64,000 nt of DNA from Escherichia coli (GCF_016026235.1 NZ_CP065613.1); one strand, 5' to 3'; positions 1 through 17,026 are shown, numbered from the stretch's first letter. A program made the numbers and translations. The notes: generated from the letters alone by a model not told the origin.

Positions 1-616
1 CAGCTCCTAACGCGAAAGGAATACGCCATCCCCACTCTCTGAGTGCAGCGTCTTCCATGGTGTGTTGTAAAACCACGACAACCAGTAGGGCTAGCAGTTG
101 TCCGCCGATCAACGTCACATACTGAAATGATGCGTAAAAACCTTTGCGCCCTTCAACGGCAACTTCACTCATATAGGTGGCGCTGGTGCCATATTCTCCG
201 CCAACGGATAATCCCTGAAATAAACGAGCGAAAAGCAATAATGCCGGAGCCCACGTACCTATAGTTTCATAACCTGGGAGGCAGGCGATAACCAGCGATC
301 CGAAACACATCATACACACCGATAACAGCATCGATTTTTTGCGACCATGTTTATCGGCTATGCGGCCAAATAGCCAACCGCCTATTGGGCGCATCAGGAA
401 TCCCGCAGCAAAAACACCTGCTGTTTGTAGTAGTTGAGTCGTCGTGTTCCCGGAAGGGAAGAAAATGTGGGCGAAGTAGAGTGAACAGAACGAGTAGACA
501 TAGAAATCGAACCACTCGACCAGATTACCTGAAGAGGCCCCCACAATCGCCCAAATGCGGCGACGAGTATCACTACTTGTCAGTTTGCTGTCTGCCGTTA
601 CAGTACTTTCAGCCAT
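1..616 (-). CDS. kgtP: alpha-ketoglutarate permease KgtP (MFS transporter), N-terminal part; gene runs off the window start
   Basis: Minus-strand translation from ATG at 616..614 gives [41 protein letters not shown]... with MFS motif [10 protein letters not shown]; located next to the 5S end of the rrn operon as in K-12. Confidence 0.85.
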   Translation of the reverse strand, partial: MAESTVTADSKLTSSDTRRRIWAIVGASSGNLVEWFDFYVYSFCSLYFAHIFFPSGNTTTQLLQTAGVFAAGFLMRPIGGWLFGRIADKHGRKKSMLLSVCMMCFGSLVIACLPGYETIGTWAPALLLFARLFQGLSVGGEYGTSATYMSEVAVEGRKGFYASFQYVTLIGGQLLALLVVVVLQHTMEDAALREWGWRIPFALGA

Positions 617-892
617 GCCATTATGTCTCCTGCCGTAATCCGATGCTTTTGTTGGTCGCTTTTGTTTATTTCTTTTGGTAAAGAAAATGTTATACATTTG
701 TTGCGTATCATTATGCAACCTTAACCATGAATTTAGTTAGCAGGAAAATGGTTATTGAGGAGCTTAAGGATAAATTTCTGGTAAGGAGGACACGTATGGA
801 AGTAGGCAAGTTGGGGAAACCGCATCCGTTGCTGAATCTGGCATATGTGGGAGTATAAGACGCGCAGCGTCGCATCAGGCATTTTTTTCTGC

Positions 893-931
893 GCCAATGC
901 AAAAAGGCCATCCGTCAGGATGGCCTTCTGC
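893..931 (-). terminator. rrn operon terminator hairpin downstream of 5S rRNA
   Basis: GC-rich inverted repeat AAGGCCATCC-GTCA-GGATGGCCTT next to a run of A/T, directly 3' of the 5S gene on the minus strand. Confidence 0.7.
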
Positions 932-939
932 TAAATTTG

Positions 940-1059
940 ATGCCTGGCAGTTCCCTACTCTCGCATGGGGAGACCCCACACTATCATCGGCGCTACGGCG
1001 TTTCACTTCTGAGTTCGGCATGGGGTCAGGTGGGACCACCGCGCTAAGGCCGCCAGGCA
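940..1059 (-). rRNA. rrfG: 5S ribosomal RNA
   Basis: Reverse complement reads TGCCTGGCGGCC...GAGAGTAGGGAACTGCCAGGCAT, the canonical E. coli 5S sequence, 120 nt. Confidence 0.95.
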
Positions 1060-1151
1060 AATTCTGTTTTATCAGACCGCTTCTGCGTTCTGATTTAATC
1101 TGTATCAGGCTGAAAATCTTCTCTCATCCGCCAAAACATCTTCGGCGTTGT

Positions 1152-4053
<2,902 letters not shown>

Positions 4054-4246
4054 TCACAACCCGAAGATGTTTCTTGCGATTCATCATCGTGTTGCGAAAA
4101 TTTGAGAGACTCACGAACAACTCTCGTTGTTCAGTGTTTCAATTTTCAGCTTGATCCAGATTTTTAAAGAGCAAATATCTCAAACATCACCCGAAGATGA
4201 GTTTTGAGATATCAAGGCAGGTGACTTTCACTCACAAACCAGCAAG

Positions 4247-4322
4247 TGGCGTCCCCTAGGGGATTCGAACCCCTGTTACCGCCGTGAAAGGGCGGTGTCC
4301 TGGGCCTCTAGACGAAGGGGAC
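4247..4322 (-). tRNA. gltW: tRNA-Glu (UUC) in the 16S-23S spacer
   Basis: Reverse complement GTCCCCTTCGTCTAGAGGCCCAGGACACCGCCCTTTCACGGCGGTAACAGGGGTTCGAATCCCCTAGGGGACGCCA. Confidence 0.95.
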
Positions 4323-4407
4323 GTATCAGTCTGCTTCGCAAGACGCCTTGCTTTTCACTTTCTATCAGACAATCTGTGTGAGCACTGCAAAGTACGCTTC
4401 TTTAAGG

Positions 4408-5949
<1,542 letters not shown>

Positions 5950-6124
5950 AAAAGTTTGATGCTCAAAGAATTAAACTTCGTAATGAATTACGTGTTCACT
6001 CTTGAGACTTGGTATTCATTTTTCGTCTTGCGACGTTAAGAATCCGTATCTTCGAGTGCCCACACAGATTGTCTGATAAATTGTTAAAGAGCAGTGCCGC
6101 TTCGCTTTTTCTCAGCGGCGCGGG

Positions 6125-6160
6125 GTGTGCATAATACACTTTCCCGCTACAGAGTCAAGC
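6125..6160 (-). promoter_or_regulatory. rrn P2 promoter
   Basis: Minus strand reads TTGACT-N17-TATTAT upstream of the 16S 5' end, matching the known rrn P2 architecture. Confidence 0.7.
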
Positions 6161-6244
6161 ATTTATTTTTGCCTTCTCTGCCGGAATTCTCAGGAGAACC
6201 CCGCTGACCCGGCGGCGTGTTTGCCGTTGTTCCGTGTCAGTGGT

Positions 6245-6330
6245 GGCGCATTATAGGGAGTTATTCCGGCCTGACAAGCGAAAAATATAAAAACTTTATC
6301 GTTCGCTCATTTTTCAGGCAAAACATCTTA
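6245..6330 (-). promoter_or_regulatory. rrn P1 promoter with upstream AT-rich UP/FIS region
   Basis: Minus strand reads TTGTCAGGCCGGAATAACTCCCTATAATGCGCCACCACTG (-35 TTGTCA, -10 TATAAT, GC-rich discriminator); AT-rich sequence further upstream. Confidence 0.75.
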
Positions 6331-6392
6331 AATATAGTCTTTTCCGTCTAACTTATAGACAAAAACGAGCCCCGAAGGGCTCGTTTTATCAT

Positions 6393-8966
6393 TTACTGGA
6401 CGGCGACAATCCGGTCTTCATTAACTTCCAGGCGAATCACTTTACCCGGAACCAATTCACCAGACAGTATTTGCTGTGCCAGCGGGTTTTCGATCTGCTG
6501 CTGAATTGCACGTTTCAGAGGACGTGCACCATAGACCGGATCGTAACCGTTCTCGCTCAGCAGTTTCAGCGCCTCGTCAGAAATGTGGATTTCATAACCA
6601 CGTTCTTCCAGACGTTTATACAGACGTTTCAACTGAATCTGCGCAATCGACGCAATGTGCTGTTCACCCAGCGGATGGAAGACCACCACTTCATCGATAC
6701 GGTTAATGAATTCCGGACGGAAGTTATGGCTAACCACACCGAGCACCAGCTCTTTCATGTGCGCATAATCCAGTTCACCGAAGCGTTCCTGAATCAGATC
6801 GGAACCGAGGTTAGAGGTCATAATGACAACCGTATTACGGAAGTCGACCGTTCTCCCCTGCCCGTCAGTCAGACGCCCATCATCCAGTACCTGCAACAGA
6901 ATATTGAAGACATCCGGATGCGCTTTTTCCACTTCATCCAACAGGATGACGGAATACGGACGACGACGCACAGCTTCGGTCAGGTAGCCACCTTCTTCAT
7001 AACCGACATATCCCGGAGGCGCACCAACCAGACGAGACACCGAGTGTTTCTCCATAAACTCGGACATATCGATACGGACCATCGCCTCGTCGCTATCAAA
7101 CATAAAGTTCGCCAGCGCCTTACAAAGCTCTGTTTTCCCCACACCAGTTGGGCCGAGGAACAGGAATGAACCAATCGGGCGATTTGGATCCGCCAGCCCC
7201 GCACGGCTACGACGAATAGCGTTAGATACCGCATCAACCGCTTCGTTCTGACCAATAACGCGATGGTGCAGTTCTTGCTCCATACGCAGCAGTTTTTCGC
7301 GCTCGCTTTCCATCATGCGAGAAACCGGAATCCCCGTCCAACGCGCCAGCACTTCAGCAATTTCGGCGTCGGTCACTTTATTACGCAACAGACGCATAGT
7401 TTTGCCTTCGAGCTGCGTTGCGGCTTCCAGTTGCTTTTCCAGTTCCGGGATTTTGCCGTATTGCAGTTCAGACATCCGCGCCAGGTCCCCCACACGGCGA
7501 GCCTGTTCAATAGCGATTTTCGCCTGTTCCAGTTCCGCTTTAATGGTCTGCGTACCAGAAAGCGATGCCTTCTCTGCTTTCCACTCTTCTTCTAACTTGG
7601 AGTACTGACGTTCTTTGTCGCTCAGTTCTTCGTTGAGCATATCCAGACGTTTTTTACTGGCTTCATCAGACTCTTTCATTAACGCCTGTTGTTCCAGTTT
7701 GAGCTGGATGATACGGCGATCGAGTCGGTCGAGTTCTTCTGGTTTTGAGTCAATCTGCATACGAATGCTGGATGCTGCTTCATCGATCAGGTCGATGGCT
7801 TTATCCGGCAGCTGACGGTCAGCAATGTAGCGATGAGACAACGTCGCCGCTGCAACAATTGCCGGGTCAGTAATTTGCACATGGTGGTGCAATTCGTAAC
7901 GTTCTTTCAGGCCACGTAGAATCGCAATGGTATCTTCAACAGAAGGCTCGGCAACAAACACTTTCTGGAAACGACGTTCCAGCGCAGCATCTTTTTCGAT
8001 GTACTGGCGATATTCGTCAAGCGTCGTGGCACCTACGCAGTGCAATTCACCACGCGCCAGCGCCGGTTTCAGCATGTTTCCGGCGTCCATTGCGCCATCG
8101 GCTTTACCCGCGCCGACCATGGTATGTAATTCGTCGATAAACAGGATGACGTTGCCTTCCTGTTTGGCAAGATCGTTAAGCACGCCTTTTAAACGTTCTT
8201 CAAACTCACCGCGATATTTCGCCCCAGCCACCAGCGCGCCCATATCCAGCGCCAGTACGCGGCGGCCTTTCAACCCTTCCGGCACTTCGCCGTTGATAAT
8301 ACGCTGCGCCAGACCTTCAACGATGGCAGTTTTACCGACGCCGGGTTCACCAATCAGTACCGGGTTATTTTTAGTACGACGTTGCAGCACCTGAATGGTA
8401 CGGCGAATTTCTTCATCACGACCAATCACCGGATCGAGTTTGCCTTGTTCGGCTCGTTCGGTAAGATCGATGGTATATTTTTTCAAAGCCTGACGTTGGT
8501 CTTCAGCACCTTGATCGTTCACGCTTTCACCTCCACGCATTTGTTCAATCGCTTGAGTAATGTTGGCGGTGGTCGCCCCTGCTGCTTTCAGGATGTCGGC
8601 CAGCGTGCCGCGAGACTCAAGTGCCGCCAGAACGAACAGTTCTGACGAGATAAAGTTATCACCACGTTTTTGCGCCAGCTTGTCGCAAAGATTAAGAACG
8701 CGCACCAGATCCTGTGATGGCTGGACATCACCACCAGTACCTTCAACCTGCGGTAAACGATTTAATGCCTGATTGATATCTGTGCGCAACTGGCCAGCAT
8801 TTATGCCAGCGGATGTTAATAAAGGACTAACCGAACCCCCTTCCTGATTCAGCAGGGCGCTCATTAAATGAAGTGGTTCGATGAATTGGTTGTCGTGCCC
8901 GAGTGCAAGTGATTGGGCATCGGCAAGAGCAAGCTGGAATTTATTAGTAAGACGATCCAGACGCAT
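6393..8966 (-). CDS. clpB: ClpB disaggregase chaperone (AAA+, two nucleotide-binding domains)
   Basis: ORF 6393..8978; native start taken as [11 protein letters not shown] (857 aa); two Walker A motifs ([16 protein letters not shown]). Confidence 0.95.
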   Translation of the reverse strand: MRLDRLTNKFQLALADAQSLALGHDNQFIEPLHLMSALLNQEGGSVSPLLTSAGINAGQLRTDINQALNRLPQVEGTGGDVQPSQDLVRVLNLCDKLAQKRGDNFISSELFVLAALESRGTLADILKAAGATTANITQAIEQMRGGESVNDQGAEDQRQALKKYTIDLTERAEQGKLDPVIGRDEEIRRTIQVLQRRTKNNPVLIGEPGVGKTAIVEGLAQRIINGEVPEGLKGRRVLALDMGALVAGAKYRGEFEERLKGVLNDLAKQEGNVILFIDELHTMVGAGKADGAMDAGNMLKPALARGELHCVGATTLDEYRQYIEKDAALERRFQKVFVAEPSVEDTIAILRGLKERYELHHHVQITDPAIVAAATLSHRYIADRQLPDKAIDLIDEAASSIRMQIDSKPEELDRLDRRIIQLKLEQQALMKESDEASKKRLDMLNEELSDKERQYSKLEEEWKAEKASLSGTQTIKAELEQAKIAIEQARRVGDLARMSELQYGKIPELEKQLEAATQLEGKTMRLLRNKVTDAEIAEVLARWTGIPVSRMMESEREKLLRMEQELHHRVIGQNEAVDAVSNAIRRSRAGLADPNRPIGSFLFLGPTGVGKTELCKALANFMFDSDEAMVRIDMSEFMEKHSVSRLVGAPPGYVGYEEGGYLTEAVRRRPYSVILLDEVEKAHPDVFNILLQVLDDGRLTDGQGRTVDFRNTVVIMTSNLGSDLIQERFGELDYAHMKELVLGVVSHNFRPEFINRIDEVVVFHPLGEQHIASIAQIQLKRLYKRLEERGYEIHISDEALKLLSENGYDPVYGARPLKRAIQQQIENPLAQQILSGELVPGKVIRLEVNEDRIVAVQ

Positions 8967-9004
8967 AACTCCTCCCATAACGGATCAAAGTTGCTACTGG
9001 AGAT

Positions 9005-9033
9005 TAAATGAGGTCATCCCTCAATTATTCAAG
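9005..9033 (-). promoter_or_regulatory. sigma-32 heat-shock promoter of clpB
   Basis: Minus strand reads CTTGAATAATTGAGGGATGACCTCATTTAAT, matching sigma-32 -35 CTTGAA and -10 CCCCATnT-like. Confidence 0.65.
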
Positions 9034-9095
9034 GTTATTGACCAGATTAATGTGAAAAGAAAATCACGCGTACCGGATCGTCTTGATTCTTTAGG

Positions 9096-9827
9096 TTATA
9101 TCAGCCAAATGAAACTTGCCATACGCCCGGTGGTCTTGTCGCGACGATAAGAGAAGAAAGTCTCATTTTCCGTATATGTACAACGGTCGCCGCCGAAAAT
9201 TTGTTCAACGCCAACGCTCGCCAGACGCTGCCGGGCAAGCAGATAAATATCCGCCAGATACTTATCACCATGCTGAATGAAAGCTGTACTCGCTTTGGCG
9301 TCTGCTGCCATAAACGCCTCGCGAACCTCCGCCCCCACTTCGAACGCGCGTGGACCAATTGCCGGCCCTAACCAGGCGAGAATATTTTCCGGATTATCAG
9401 CAAAACAGGAAACTGTCTCTTCCAGCACGCCTGCGCACAGTCCACGCCAGCCAGCATGAGCGGCGGCGACTTCCGTTCCCGCTCGATTGCAAAACAGCAC
9501 AGGGAGGCAGTCGGCAGTCATCACTGCGCAAACCGTGCCAGGCGTATTGCTATAAGAGGCATCTGCTCGTTTTGAGGCATAAGGTTCGCCAGTAAGCTTA
9601 AGCACATCTTTGCCGTGTACCTGCTCAAGCCAGACCGGTTTAGAAGGCAAATTGCCCGCAGCAAAAAGTCGCTTGCGATTCTCCTCAACGTGATCCGGGT
9701 TATCGCCACAATGGGCAACGAGGTTGAGCGAGTCATACGGGGGCAAGCTCACGCCGCCGATACGAGTAGAGCTACAAGCCGCAACACCTTTTGGCAGCGG
9801 CCACTGCGGGACAATCAGCTTACTCAT
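9096..9827 (-). CDS. pgeF: YfiH/PgeF family protein (purine nucleoside phosphorylase / peptidoglycan editing factor)
   Basis: 243 aa ORF MSKLIVPQWPLPKGVAACSSTRIGGVS...; 4-nt start/stop overlap with rluD. Confidence 0.9.
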   Translation of the reverse strand: MSKLIVPQWPLPKGVAACSSTRIGGVSLPPYDSLNLVAHCGDNPDHVEENRKRLFAAGNLPSKPVWLEQVHGKDVLKLTGEPYASKRADASYSNTPGTVCAVMTADCLPVLFCNRAGTEVAAAHAGWRGLCAGVLEETVSCFADNPENILAWLGPAIGPRAFEVGAEVREAFMAADAKASTAFIQHGDKYLADIYLLARQRLASVGVEQIFGGDRCTYTENETFFSYRRDKTTGRMASFIWLI

Positions 9828-10804
9828 AACCAGTCCACTTCATCCTTATGCTCTTCGAAATCGGCGCGCATCACCTCAATCAGCTCCACCATATCTTGTG
9901 GAATAGGCGCATGCCATTCCATTTCGATGCCGGAGATCGGGTGATAAAGACGCAGCATGGTTGCATGAAGCGCCTGGCGGTCAAACTTACGCAGCGTGGA
10001 GATAAATGCTTCCGAAGCACCTTTTGGCGGACGCGGACGGCCACCATAAACCGGATCGCCCACCAGCGGATGAGTGATATGGGCCATATGCACGCGGATC
10101 TGGTGCGTACGTCCAGTTTCCAGACGCAACCGCAGACGCGTGTGCACACGGAAGTGTTCCATGATGCGATAGTGAGTCACCGCCGGTTTGCCCATCGGAT
10201 GCACCGCCATGTGAGTACGTTTGGTCGGGTGGCGGCTGATGGGTTCATCTACTGTACCGCCAGCGGTCATATGACCAATTGCCACCGCTTCATACTCACG
10301 AGTAATTTCACGCCTTTGCAAAGATTCGACTAAACGCGTCTGAGCCGGAACGGTTTTTGCCACAACCATCAGGCCAGTGGTGTCTTTATCCAGACGATGG
10401 ACGATGCCTGCACGCGGTACATCAGCAATGGGCGGATAGTAATGAAGCAACGCATTCAGTACCGTGCCATCCGGGTTACCCGCGCCAGGATGTACCACCA
10501 GGTCGCGCGGTTTATTAATGACAATGATATCTTCATCTTCATAGACGATATCCAGCGGGATATCCTGCGGTTCAAAACGCGCTTCTTCTTCAATCTCAGC
10601 GTTTATGGCAACCTGCTCGCCACCCAATACTTTTTCTTTCGGCTTATCACAAACTTTGCCGTTTACCAGCACGCGCTGGTCGAGGATCCATTCTTTTATT
10701 CGCGAACGTGAATAATCCGGGAACATTTCGGCCAAAGCCTGATCTAAGCGTTGACCGAGTTGGTTTTCGGACACCGTTGCAGTGAGCTGTACTCGTTGTG
10801 CCAT
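9824..10804 (-). CDS. rluD: 23S rRNA pseudouridine synthase RluD
   Basis: 326 aa ORF with S4 domain N-terminus and pseudouridine synthase core (HRLDKDTTGLMVVAK). Confidence 0.92.
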   Translation of the reverse strand: MAQRVQLTATVSENQLGQRLDQALAEMFPDYSRSRIKEWILDQRVLVNGKVCDKPKEKVLGGEQVAINAEIEEEARFEPQDIPLDIVYEDEDIIVINKPRDLVVHPGAGNPDGTVLNALLHYYPPIADVPRAGIVHRLDKDTTGLMVVAKTVPAQTRLVESLQRREITREYEAVAIGHMTAGGTVDEPISRHPTKRTHMAVHPMGKPAVTHYRIMEHFRVHTRLRLRLETGRTHQIRVHMAHITHPLVGDPVYGGRPRPPKGASEAFISTLRKFDRQALHATMLRLYHPISGIEMEWHAPIPQDMVELIEVMRADFEEHKDEVDWL

Positions 10805-10938
10805 ATATACTGCTTCTTCGTTTATCGTTGGGGTTTTACGGCTTTGCCGTTTAATATAGTGTGCTATTGTAGCTGGTCTTAACCGGGAGCAGGAACAGAG
10901 AATCTCCCGTATTACATTTTGAGGAAAGTCAAAACGTC

Positions 10939-11676
10939 ATGACGCGCATGAAATATCTGGTGGCAGCCGCCACACTAAGCCTGTTTTTGGCGGGTTGCTC
11001 GGGGTCAAAGGAAGAAGTACCTGATAATCCGCCAAATGAAATTTACGCGACTGCACAACAAAAGCTGCAGGACGGTAACTGGAGACAGGCAATAACGCAA
11101 CTGGAAGCGTTAGATAATCGCTATCCGTTTGGTCCGTATTCGCAGCAGGTGCAGCTGGATCTCATCTACGCGTACTATAAAAACGCCGATTTGCCGTTAG
11201 CGCAGGCTGCCATCGATCGTTTTATTCGCCTAAACCCGACCCATCCGAATATCGATTATGTCATGTACATGCGTGGCCTGACCAATATGGCGCTGGATGA
11301 CAGTGCGCTGCAAGGGTTCTTTGGCGTTGACCGTAGCGATCGCGATCCTCAACATGCACGAGCTGCGTTTAGTGACTTTTCCAAACTGGTGCGCGGCTAT
11401 CCAAACAGCCAGTACACCACCGATGCCACCAAACGTCTGGTATTCCTGAAAGATCGTCTGGCGAAATATGAATACTCCGTGGCCGAGTACTATACAGAAC
11501 GTGGCGCATGGGTTGCCGTCGTTAACCGCGTAGAAGGCATGTTGCGCGACTACCCGGATACCCAGGCTACGCGTGATGCGCTGCCGCTGATGGAAAATGC
11601 ATACCGTCAGATGCAGATGAATGCGCAAGCTGAAAAAGTAGCGAAAATCATCGCCGCAAACAGCAGCAATACATAA
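10939..11676 (+). CDS. bamD: outer membrane protein assembly factor BamD (lipoprotein, TPR)
   Basis: 245 aa; lipobox LFLAGC; matches BamD/YfiO. Confidence 0.93.
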
Positions 11677-11693
11677 CAGAAACCTGAAACACA

Positions 11694-11726
11694 AAACGGC
11701 AGCCATTGAGCTGCCGTTTTTTATTC
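11694..11726 (+). terminator. rho-independent terminator after bamD
   Basis: AAAACGGCAGC-CATTGA-GCTGCCGTTTTTTATT hairpin followed by T-run. Confidence 0.8.
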
Positions 11727-11897
11727 TGTTAGTTGTGAATGTGAAACTGAAGCGATTTAGTCACTATCGATCTCATCAAATATGGCTCGCTTTGAGATAT
11801 TCCTCAAGTAAAAAAACACCTCTTCCTGCGATTTCTCACAAAAAAGATTCGTTGACAAAAAGTGACAAAATTATGAGATTTCCATCACACATTTTGA

Positions 11898-12293
<396 letters not shown>

Positions 12294-12316
12294 TCCTTTA
12301 TATTGAGTGTATCGCC

Positions 12317-12340
12317 AACGCGCCTTCGGGCGCGTTTTTT
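12317..12340 (+). terminator. rho-independent terminator after raiA
   Basis: AACGCGCC-TTCG-GGCGCGTTTTTT. Confidence 0.8.
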
Positions 12341-12396
12341 GTTGACAGCGTGAAAACAGTACGGGTACTGTACTAAAGTCACTTAAGGAAACAAAC

Positions 12397-12444
12397 ATGA
12401 AACACATACCGTTTTTCTTCGCATTCTTTTTTACCTTCCCCTGA
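12397..12444 (+). CDS. pheL: pheA leader peptide (Phe-rich attenuation leader)
   Basis: ATG AAA CAC ATA CCG TTT TTC TTC GCA TTC TTT TTT ACC TTC CCC TGA = [15 protein letters not shown], seven Phe codons. Confidence 0.9.
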
Positions 12445-12490
12445 ATGGGAGGCGTTTCGTCGTGTGAAACAGAATGCGAAGACGAACAAT

Positions 12491-12520
12491 AAGGCCTCCC
12501 AAATCGGGGGGCCTTTTTTA
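12491..12520 (+). terminator. pheA attenuator terminator
   Basis: AAGGCCTCCCAAATCGGGGGGCCTTTTTTATT between pheL and pheA. Confidence 0.8.
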
Positions 12521-12542
12521 TTGATAACAAAAAGGCAACACT

Positions 12543-13703
12543 ATGACATCGGAAAACCCGTTACTGGCGCTGCGAGAGAAAATCAGCGCGCTGGATGAAA
12601 AATTATTAGCATTACTGGCAGAGCGGCGCGAACTGGCCGTCGAGGTGGGAAAAGCCAAACTGCTCTCGCATCGCCCGGTACGTGATATTGATCGTGAACG
12701 CGATTTACTGGAAAGATTAATTACGCTCGGTAAAGCGCACCATCTGGACGCCCATTACATTACTCGCCTGTTCCAGCTCATCATTGAAGATTCCGTATTA
12801 ACTCAGCAGGCTTTGCTCCAACAACATCTCAATAAAATTAATCCGCACTCAGCACGCATCGCTTTTCTCGGCCCCAAAGGTTCTTATTCCCATCTTGCGG
12901 CGCGCCAGTATGCTGCCCGTCACTTTGAGCAATTCATTGAAAGTGGCTGCGCCAAATTTGCCGATATTTTTAATCAGGTGGAAACCGGCCAGGCCGACTA
13001 TGCCGTCGTACCGATTGAAAATACCAGCTCCGGTGCCATAAATGACGTTTACGATCTGCTGCAACATACCAGCTTGTCGATTGTTGGCGAGATGACGTTA
13101 ACTATCGACCATTGTTTGTTAGTCTCCGGCACGACTGATTTATCCACCATCAATACGGTCTACAGCCATCCGCAGCCATTCCAGCAATGCAGCAAATTCC
13201 TTAATCGTTATCCGCACTGGAAGATTGAATATACCGAAAGTACGTCTGCGGCAATGGAAAAGGTTGCACAGGCAAAATCACCGCATGTTGCTGCGTTGGG
13301 AAGCGAAGCTGGCGGCACTTTGTACGGTTTGCAGGTACTGGAGCGGATTGAAGCGAATCAGCGACAAAACTTCACCCGATTTGTGGTGTTGGCGCGTAAA
13401 GCCATTAACGTGTCTGATCAGGTTCCGGCGAAAACGACGTTGTTAATGGCGACCGGGCAACAAGCCGGTGCGCTGGTTGAAGCGTTGCTGGTACTGCGCA
13501 ACCACAATCTGATTATGACCCGTCTGGAATCACGCCCGATTCACGGTAATCCATGGGAAGAGATGTTTTATCTGGATATTCAGGCCAATCTTGAATCAGC
13601 GGAAATGCAAAAAGCATTGAAAGAGTTAGGGGAAATCACCCGTTCAATGAAGGTATTGGGCTGTTACCCAAGCAAGAACGTAGTGCCTGTTGATCCAACC
13701 TGA
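12543..13703 (+). CDS. pheA: bifunctional chorismate mutase / prephenate dehydratase
   Basis: 386 aa [39 protein letters not shown]... Confidence 0.95.
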   Translation: MTSENPLLALREKISALDEKLLALLAERRELAVEVGKAKLLSHRPVRDIDRERDLLERLITLGKAHHLDAHYITRLFQLIIEDSVLTQQALLQQHLNKINPHSARIAFLGPKGSYSHLAARQYAARHFEQFIESGCAKFADIFNQVETGQADYAVVPIENTSSGAINDVYDLLQHTSLSIVGEMTLTIDHCLLVSGTTDLSTINTVYSHPQPFQQCSKFLNRYPHWKIEYTESTSAAMEKVAQAKSPHVAALGSEAGGTLYGLQVLERIEANQRQNFTRFVVLARKAINVSDQVPAKTTLLMATGQQAGALVEALLVLRNHNLIMTRLESRPIHGNPWEEMFYLDIQANLESAEMQKALKELGEITRSMKVLGCYPSKNVVPVDPT

Positions 13704-13705
13704 TG

Positions 13706-13739
13706 AAAAAGTGCCGGATGATGTGAATCATCCGGCACT
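13706..13739. terminator. bidirectional terminator between convergent pheA and tyrA
   Basis: AAAAAGTGCCGGATGA-TGTGAA-TCATCCGGCACT palindrome flanked by A/T. Confidence 0.8.
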
Positions 13740-13745
13740 GGATTA

Positions 13746-14867
13746 TTACTGGCGATTGTCATTCGCCTGACGCAATAACACGCGGCTTTCACTCTGAAAA
13801 CGCTGTGCGTAATCGCCGAACCAGTGCTCCACCTTGCGGAAACTGTCAATAAACGCCTGCTTATCGCCCTGCTCCAGCAACTCAATCGCCTCGCCGAAAC
13901 GCTTATAGTAACGTTTGATTAACGCCAGATTACGCTCTGACGACATAATAATGTCGGCATAAAGCTGCGGATCCTGAGCGAACAGTCGCCCGACCATCGC
14001 CAGCTCAAGGCGGTAAATCGGCGAAGAGAGCGCCAGAAGTTGCTCAAGCTGAACATTTTCTTCTGCCAGGTGCAGGCCATAAGCAAAAGTGGCAAAGTGG
14101 CGCAACGCCTGGATAAACGCCATATTCTGATCATGTTCGACAGCACTAATGCGATGCAGTCGCGCGCCCCAGACCTGAATTTGCTCAAGAAACCATTGGT
14201 ACGCTTCTGGCTGGCGTCCATCACACCAGACCACGACCTGCTTCGCCAGACTGCCGCTATCCGGACCAAACATCGGGTGTAACCCCAGCACCGGGCCATC
14301 ATGCGCCGCCAGCATGGCCTGTAACGGCCCATTTTTCACTGATGCCAGATCGACCAGAATACAGTCTTGCGGTAAAGGCGGTAATTTGCCGATAACTTGC
14401 TCAGTAATGTGGATTGGCACACTAACAATCACCATTCCAGCATCGGCAACAATATCAGCCGCTCGATCCCAGTCATGTTGCTCCAGAATCCGCACCTGAT
14501 AACCCGAGAGTGTCAGCATCTTCTCGAACAGACGTCCCATCTGACCGCCGCCGCCAACGATAACTACCGGGCGTAACGCAGGACAAAGCGTTTTAAATCC
14601 TTTGTCGTTTTCACTGGAGTAAGATTCACGCATCACCCGACGCAAAACATCCTCAATCAGATCTGGCGGTACACCCAGAGCTTCCGCCTCTGCACGACGC
14701 GAGGCCAACATAGATGACTCGCGCTCCGGAACATAAATAGGCAGTCCAAAGCGGCTTTTCACCTCTCCCACTTCAGCAACCAGTTCCAGACGCTTCGCTA
14801 ATAAATTCAGCAGCGCTTTATCGACTTCATCAATTTGATCGCGTAATGCGGTCAATTCAGCAACCAT
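13746..14867 (-). CDS. tyrA: bifunctional chorismate mutase / prephenate dehydrogenase
   Basis: 373 aa [37 protein letters not shown]... Confidence 0.95.
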   Translation of the reverse strand: MVAELTALRDQIDEVDKALLNLLAKRLELVAEVGEVKSRFGLPIYVPERESSMLASRRAEAEALGVPPDLIEDVLRRVMRESYSSENDKGFKTLCPALRPVVIVGGGGQMGRLFEKMLTLSGYQVRILEQHDWDRAADIVADAGMVIVSVPIHITEQVIGKLPPLPQDCILVDLASVKNGPLQAMLAAHDGPVLGLHPMFGPDSGSLAKQVVVWCDGRQPEAYQWFLEQIQVWGARLHRISAVEHDQNMAFIQALRHFATFAYGLHLAEENVQLEQLLALSSPIYRLELAMVGRLFAQDPQLYADIIMSSERNLALIKRYYKRFGEAIELLEQGDKQAFIDSFRKVEHWFGDYAQRFQSESRVLLRQANDNRQ

Positions 14868-14877
14868 AATAAACCTC

Positions 14878-15948
14878 TTAAGCCACGCGAGCCGTCAGCT
14901 GCCCGTTCAGATCCTGATGAATTTCACGCAGCAAGGCATCGGTCATTTCCCAGCTAATGCAGGCATCGGTTACGGATACACCGTATTTCATTTCACTGCG
15001 CGGTTGCTCGGAAGACTGATTGCCCTCGTGGATATTACTTTCGATCATCAGACCAATAATTGAGCGATTGCCATCTTTGATTTGAGCAACCACGGATTCT
15101 GCCACCGCAGGCTGACGGCGATAATCTTTATTGGAATTACCGTGGCTGCAATCTACCATCAGAGACGGGCGCAGTCCCGCCTGTTCCATCTCTTTTTCAC
15201 ATTGCGCAACATCCGCAGGGCTATAGTTCGGCGCTTTACCACCGCGCAGGATGACATGCCCGTCCGGATTCCCCTGAGTTTGTAGCAACGCAACCTGCCC
15301 TGCCTGGTTAATGCCAACAAAACGATGCGGCTGGGCGGCGGCGCGCATAGCGTTAATTGCTGTTGCCAGACTGCCGTCGGTGCCGTTTTTAAAACCAACC
15401 GGCATGGAAAGCCCGGAGGCCATTTCACGGTGAGTTTGCGATTCCGTTGTACGAGCACCAATGGCTGACCAGCTAAACAGATCGCCCAGGTATTGCGGGC
15501 TATTCGGATCTAACGCTTCCGTCGCCAGTGGCAGTCCCATATTCACCAGCTCAAGCAGCAATTTACGCGCGATCTGCAGCCCGGCTTCTACATCAAAAGA
15601 GCCATCCATATGGGGATCGTTAATTAACCCTTTCCAGCCGACAGTGGTACGGGGTTTTTCAAAATAGACGCGCATTACCAGATAGAGGCTATCGCTGACC
15701 TCTGCGGCAAGGGCTTTAAATCGACGAGCATATTCCAGAGCAGTTTCCGGATCATGAATGGAACAAGGACCACATACTACCAGCAGACGAGGATCGCGCC
15801 CGGCGATAATATCTGAAATGGTTTTACGCGAGTCAGCAATCTGGGCTTCTTGTTGCAGGCTTAATGGAAAAGCGGCCTTCAGTTGTGCCGGAGTCATTAA
15901 AACCTGTTCGTCGGTAATATGTACGTTATTCAGCGCGTCTTTTTGCAT
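14878..15948 (-). CDS. aroF: DAHP synthase, Tyr-sensitive
   Basis: ORF 14878..16017; native start taken at [27 protein letters not shown] (356 aa). Confidence 0.93.
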   Translation of the reverse strand: MQKDALNNVHITDEQVLMTPAQLKAAFPLSLQQEAQIADSRKTISDIIAGRDPRLLVVCGPCSIHDPETALEYARRFKALAAEVSDSLYLVMRVYFEKPRTTVGWKGLINDPHMDGSFDVEAGLQIARKLLLELVNMGLPLATEALDPNSPQYLGDLFSWSAIGARTTESQTHREMASGLSMPVGFKNGTDGSLATAINAMRAAAQPHRFVGINQAGQVALLQTQGNPDGHVILRGGKAPNYSPADVAQCEKEMEQAGLRPSLMVDCSHGNSNKDYRRQPAVAESVVAQIKDGNRSIIGLMIESNIHEGNQSSEQPRSEMKYGVSVTDACISWEMTDALLREIHQDLNGQLTARVA

Positions 15949-16042
15949 GATGGCGATCCTGTTTATGCTCGTTTGCGATAGTTGATCCTCAGCGAGGATG
16001 ACGTAACGATAACACATAAAGTAAAGTTTTCAATCCATATTT

Positions 16043-16112
16043 CGTACATTTTTCTTTACATAAGCAATTTATTCGCGCTTTAAACCCTTGCTTCTGTATA
16101 GATAAATTTACA
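16043..16112 (-). promoter_or_regulatory. aroF promoter region with TyrR-box-like palindromes
   Basis: TGTAAAGAAAAATGTACG (minus strand) and TGTATAGATAAATTTACA resemble the TyrR box TGTAAA-N6-TTTACA upstream of aroF. Confidence 0.6.
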
Positions 16113-16157
16113 CCACCTTTGAAAGCAATCCGCTATGCTTTGAAAAAGGAGAAAGAA

Positions 16158-16313
16158 ATGATGAAAAAGTTTATCGCCCCCTTGTTGGCTTTACTGGTTA
16201 GCGGATGCCAGATTGATCCTTATACTCACGCGCCAACCTTGACCAGCACCGACTGGTATGATGTTGGTATGGAAGATGCGATATCGGGCAGCGCCATAAA
16301 AGATGACGATGCA
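16158..16313 (+). pseudogene. yfiL: yfiL-like lipoprotein gene, 5' part only, cut by IS1
   Basis: AAGGAG RBS then MMKKFIAPLLALLVSGCQIDPYTHAPTLTSTDWYDVGMEDAISGSAIKDDDA; reading frame runs directly into the IS1 terminal inverted repeat at 16314. Confidence 0.7.
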
Positions 16314-16328
16314 GGTAATGACTCCAAC

Positions 16329-16832
16329 TTATTGATAGTGTTTTATGTTCAGATAATGCCCGATGACTTTGTCATGCAGCTCCACCGATTTTGAGAACGA
16401 CAGCGACTTCCGTCCCAGCCGTGCCAGGTGCTGCCTCAGATTCAGGTTATGCCGCTCAATTCGCTGCGTATATCGCTTGCTGATTACGTGCAGCTTTCCC
16501 TTCAGGCGGGATTCATACAGCGGCCAGCCATCCGTCATCCATATCACCACGTCAAAGGGTGACAGCAGGCTCATAAGACGCCCCAGCGTCGCCATAGTGC
16601 GTTCACCGAATACGTGCGCAACAACCGTCTTCCGGAGACTGTCATACGCGTAAAACAGCCAGCGCTGGCGCGATTTAGCCCCGACATAGCCCCACTGTTC
16701 GTCCATTTCCGCGCAGACGATGACGTCACTGCCCGGCTGTATGCGCGAGGTTACCGACTGCGGCCTGAGTTTTTTAAGTGACGTAAAATCGTGTTGAGGC
16801 CAACGCCCATAATGCGGGCAGTTGCCCGGCAT
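16329..16832 (-). CDS. insB: IS1 InsB (transposase catalytic part; expressed as InsAB' by frameshift)
   Basis: 167 aa ORF overlapping insA 3' end in the -1 frame. Confidence 0.9.
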
Positions 16833-17026
16833 CCAACGCCATTCATGGCCATATCAATGATTTTCTGGTGCGTACCGGGTTGAGAAGCGGTGTAAGTGAA
16901 CTGCAGTTGCCATGTTTTACGGCAGTGAGAGCAGAGATAGCGCTGATGTCCGGCGGTGCTTTTGCCGTTACGCACCACCCCGTCAGTAGCTGAACAGGAG
17001 GGACAGCTGATAGAAACAGAAGCCAC
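16751..17026 (-). CDS. insA: IS1 InsA (DNA-binding repressor / N-terminal part of transposase)
   Basis: 91 aa [43 protein letters not shown]... Confidence 0.93.

Noticed and set aside
6471-8645. Antisense ORFs within clpB (6471..7169 of 232 aa, 7927..8394 of 155 aa, and others)
   Set aside because: They overlap a highly conserved chaperone gene on the opposite strand, their composition is mirror-image codon bias, and they have no convincing start context.
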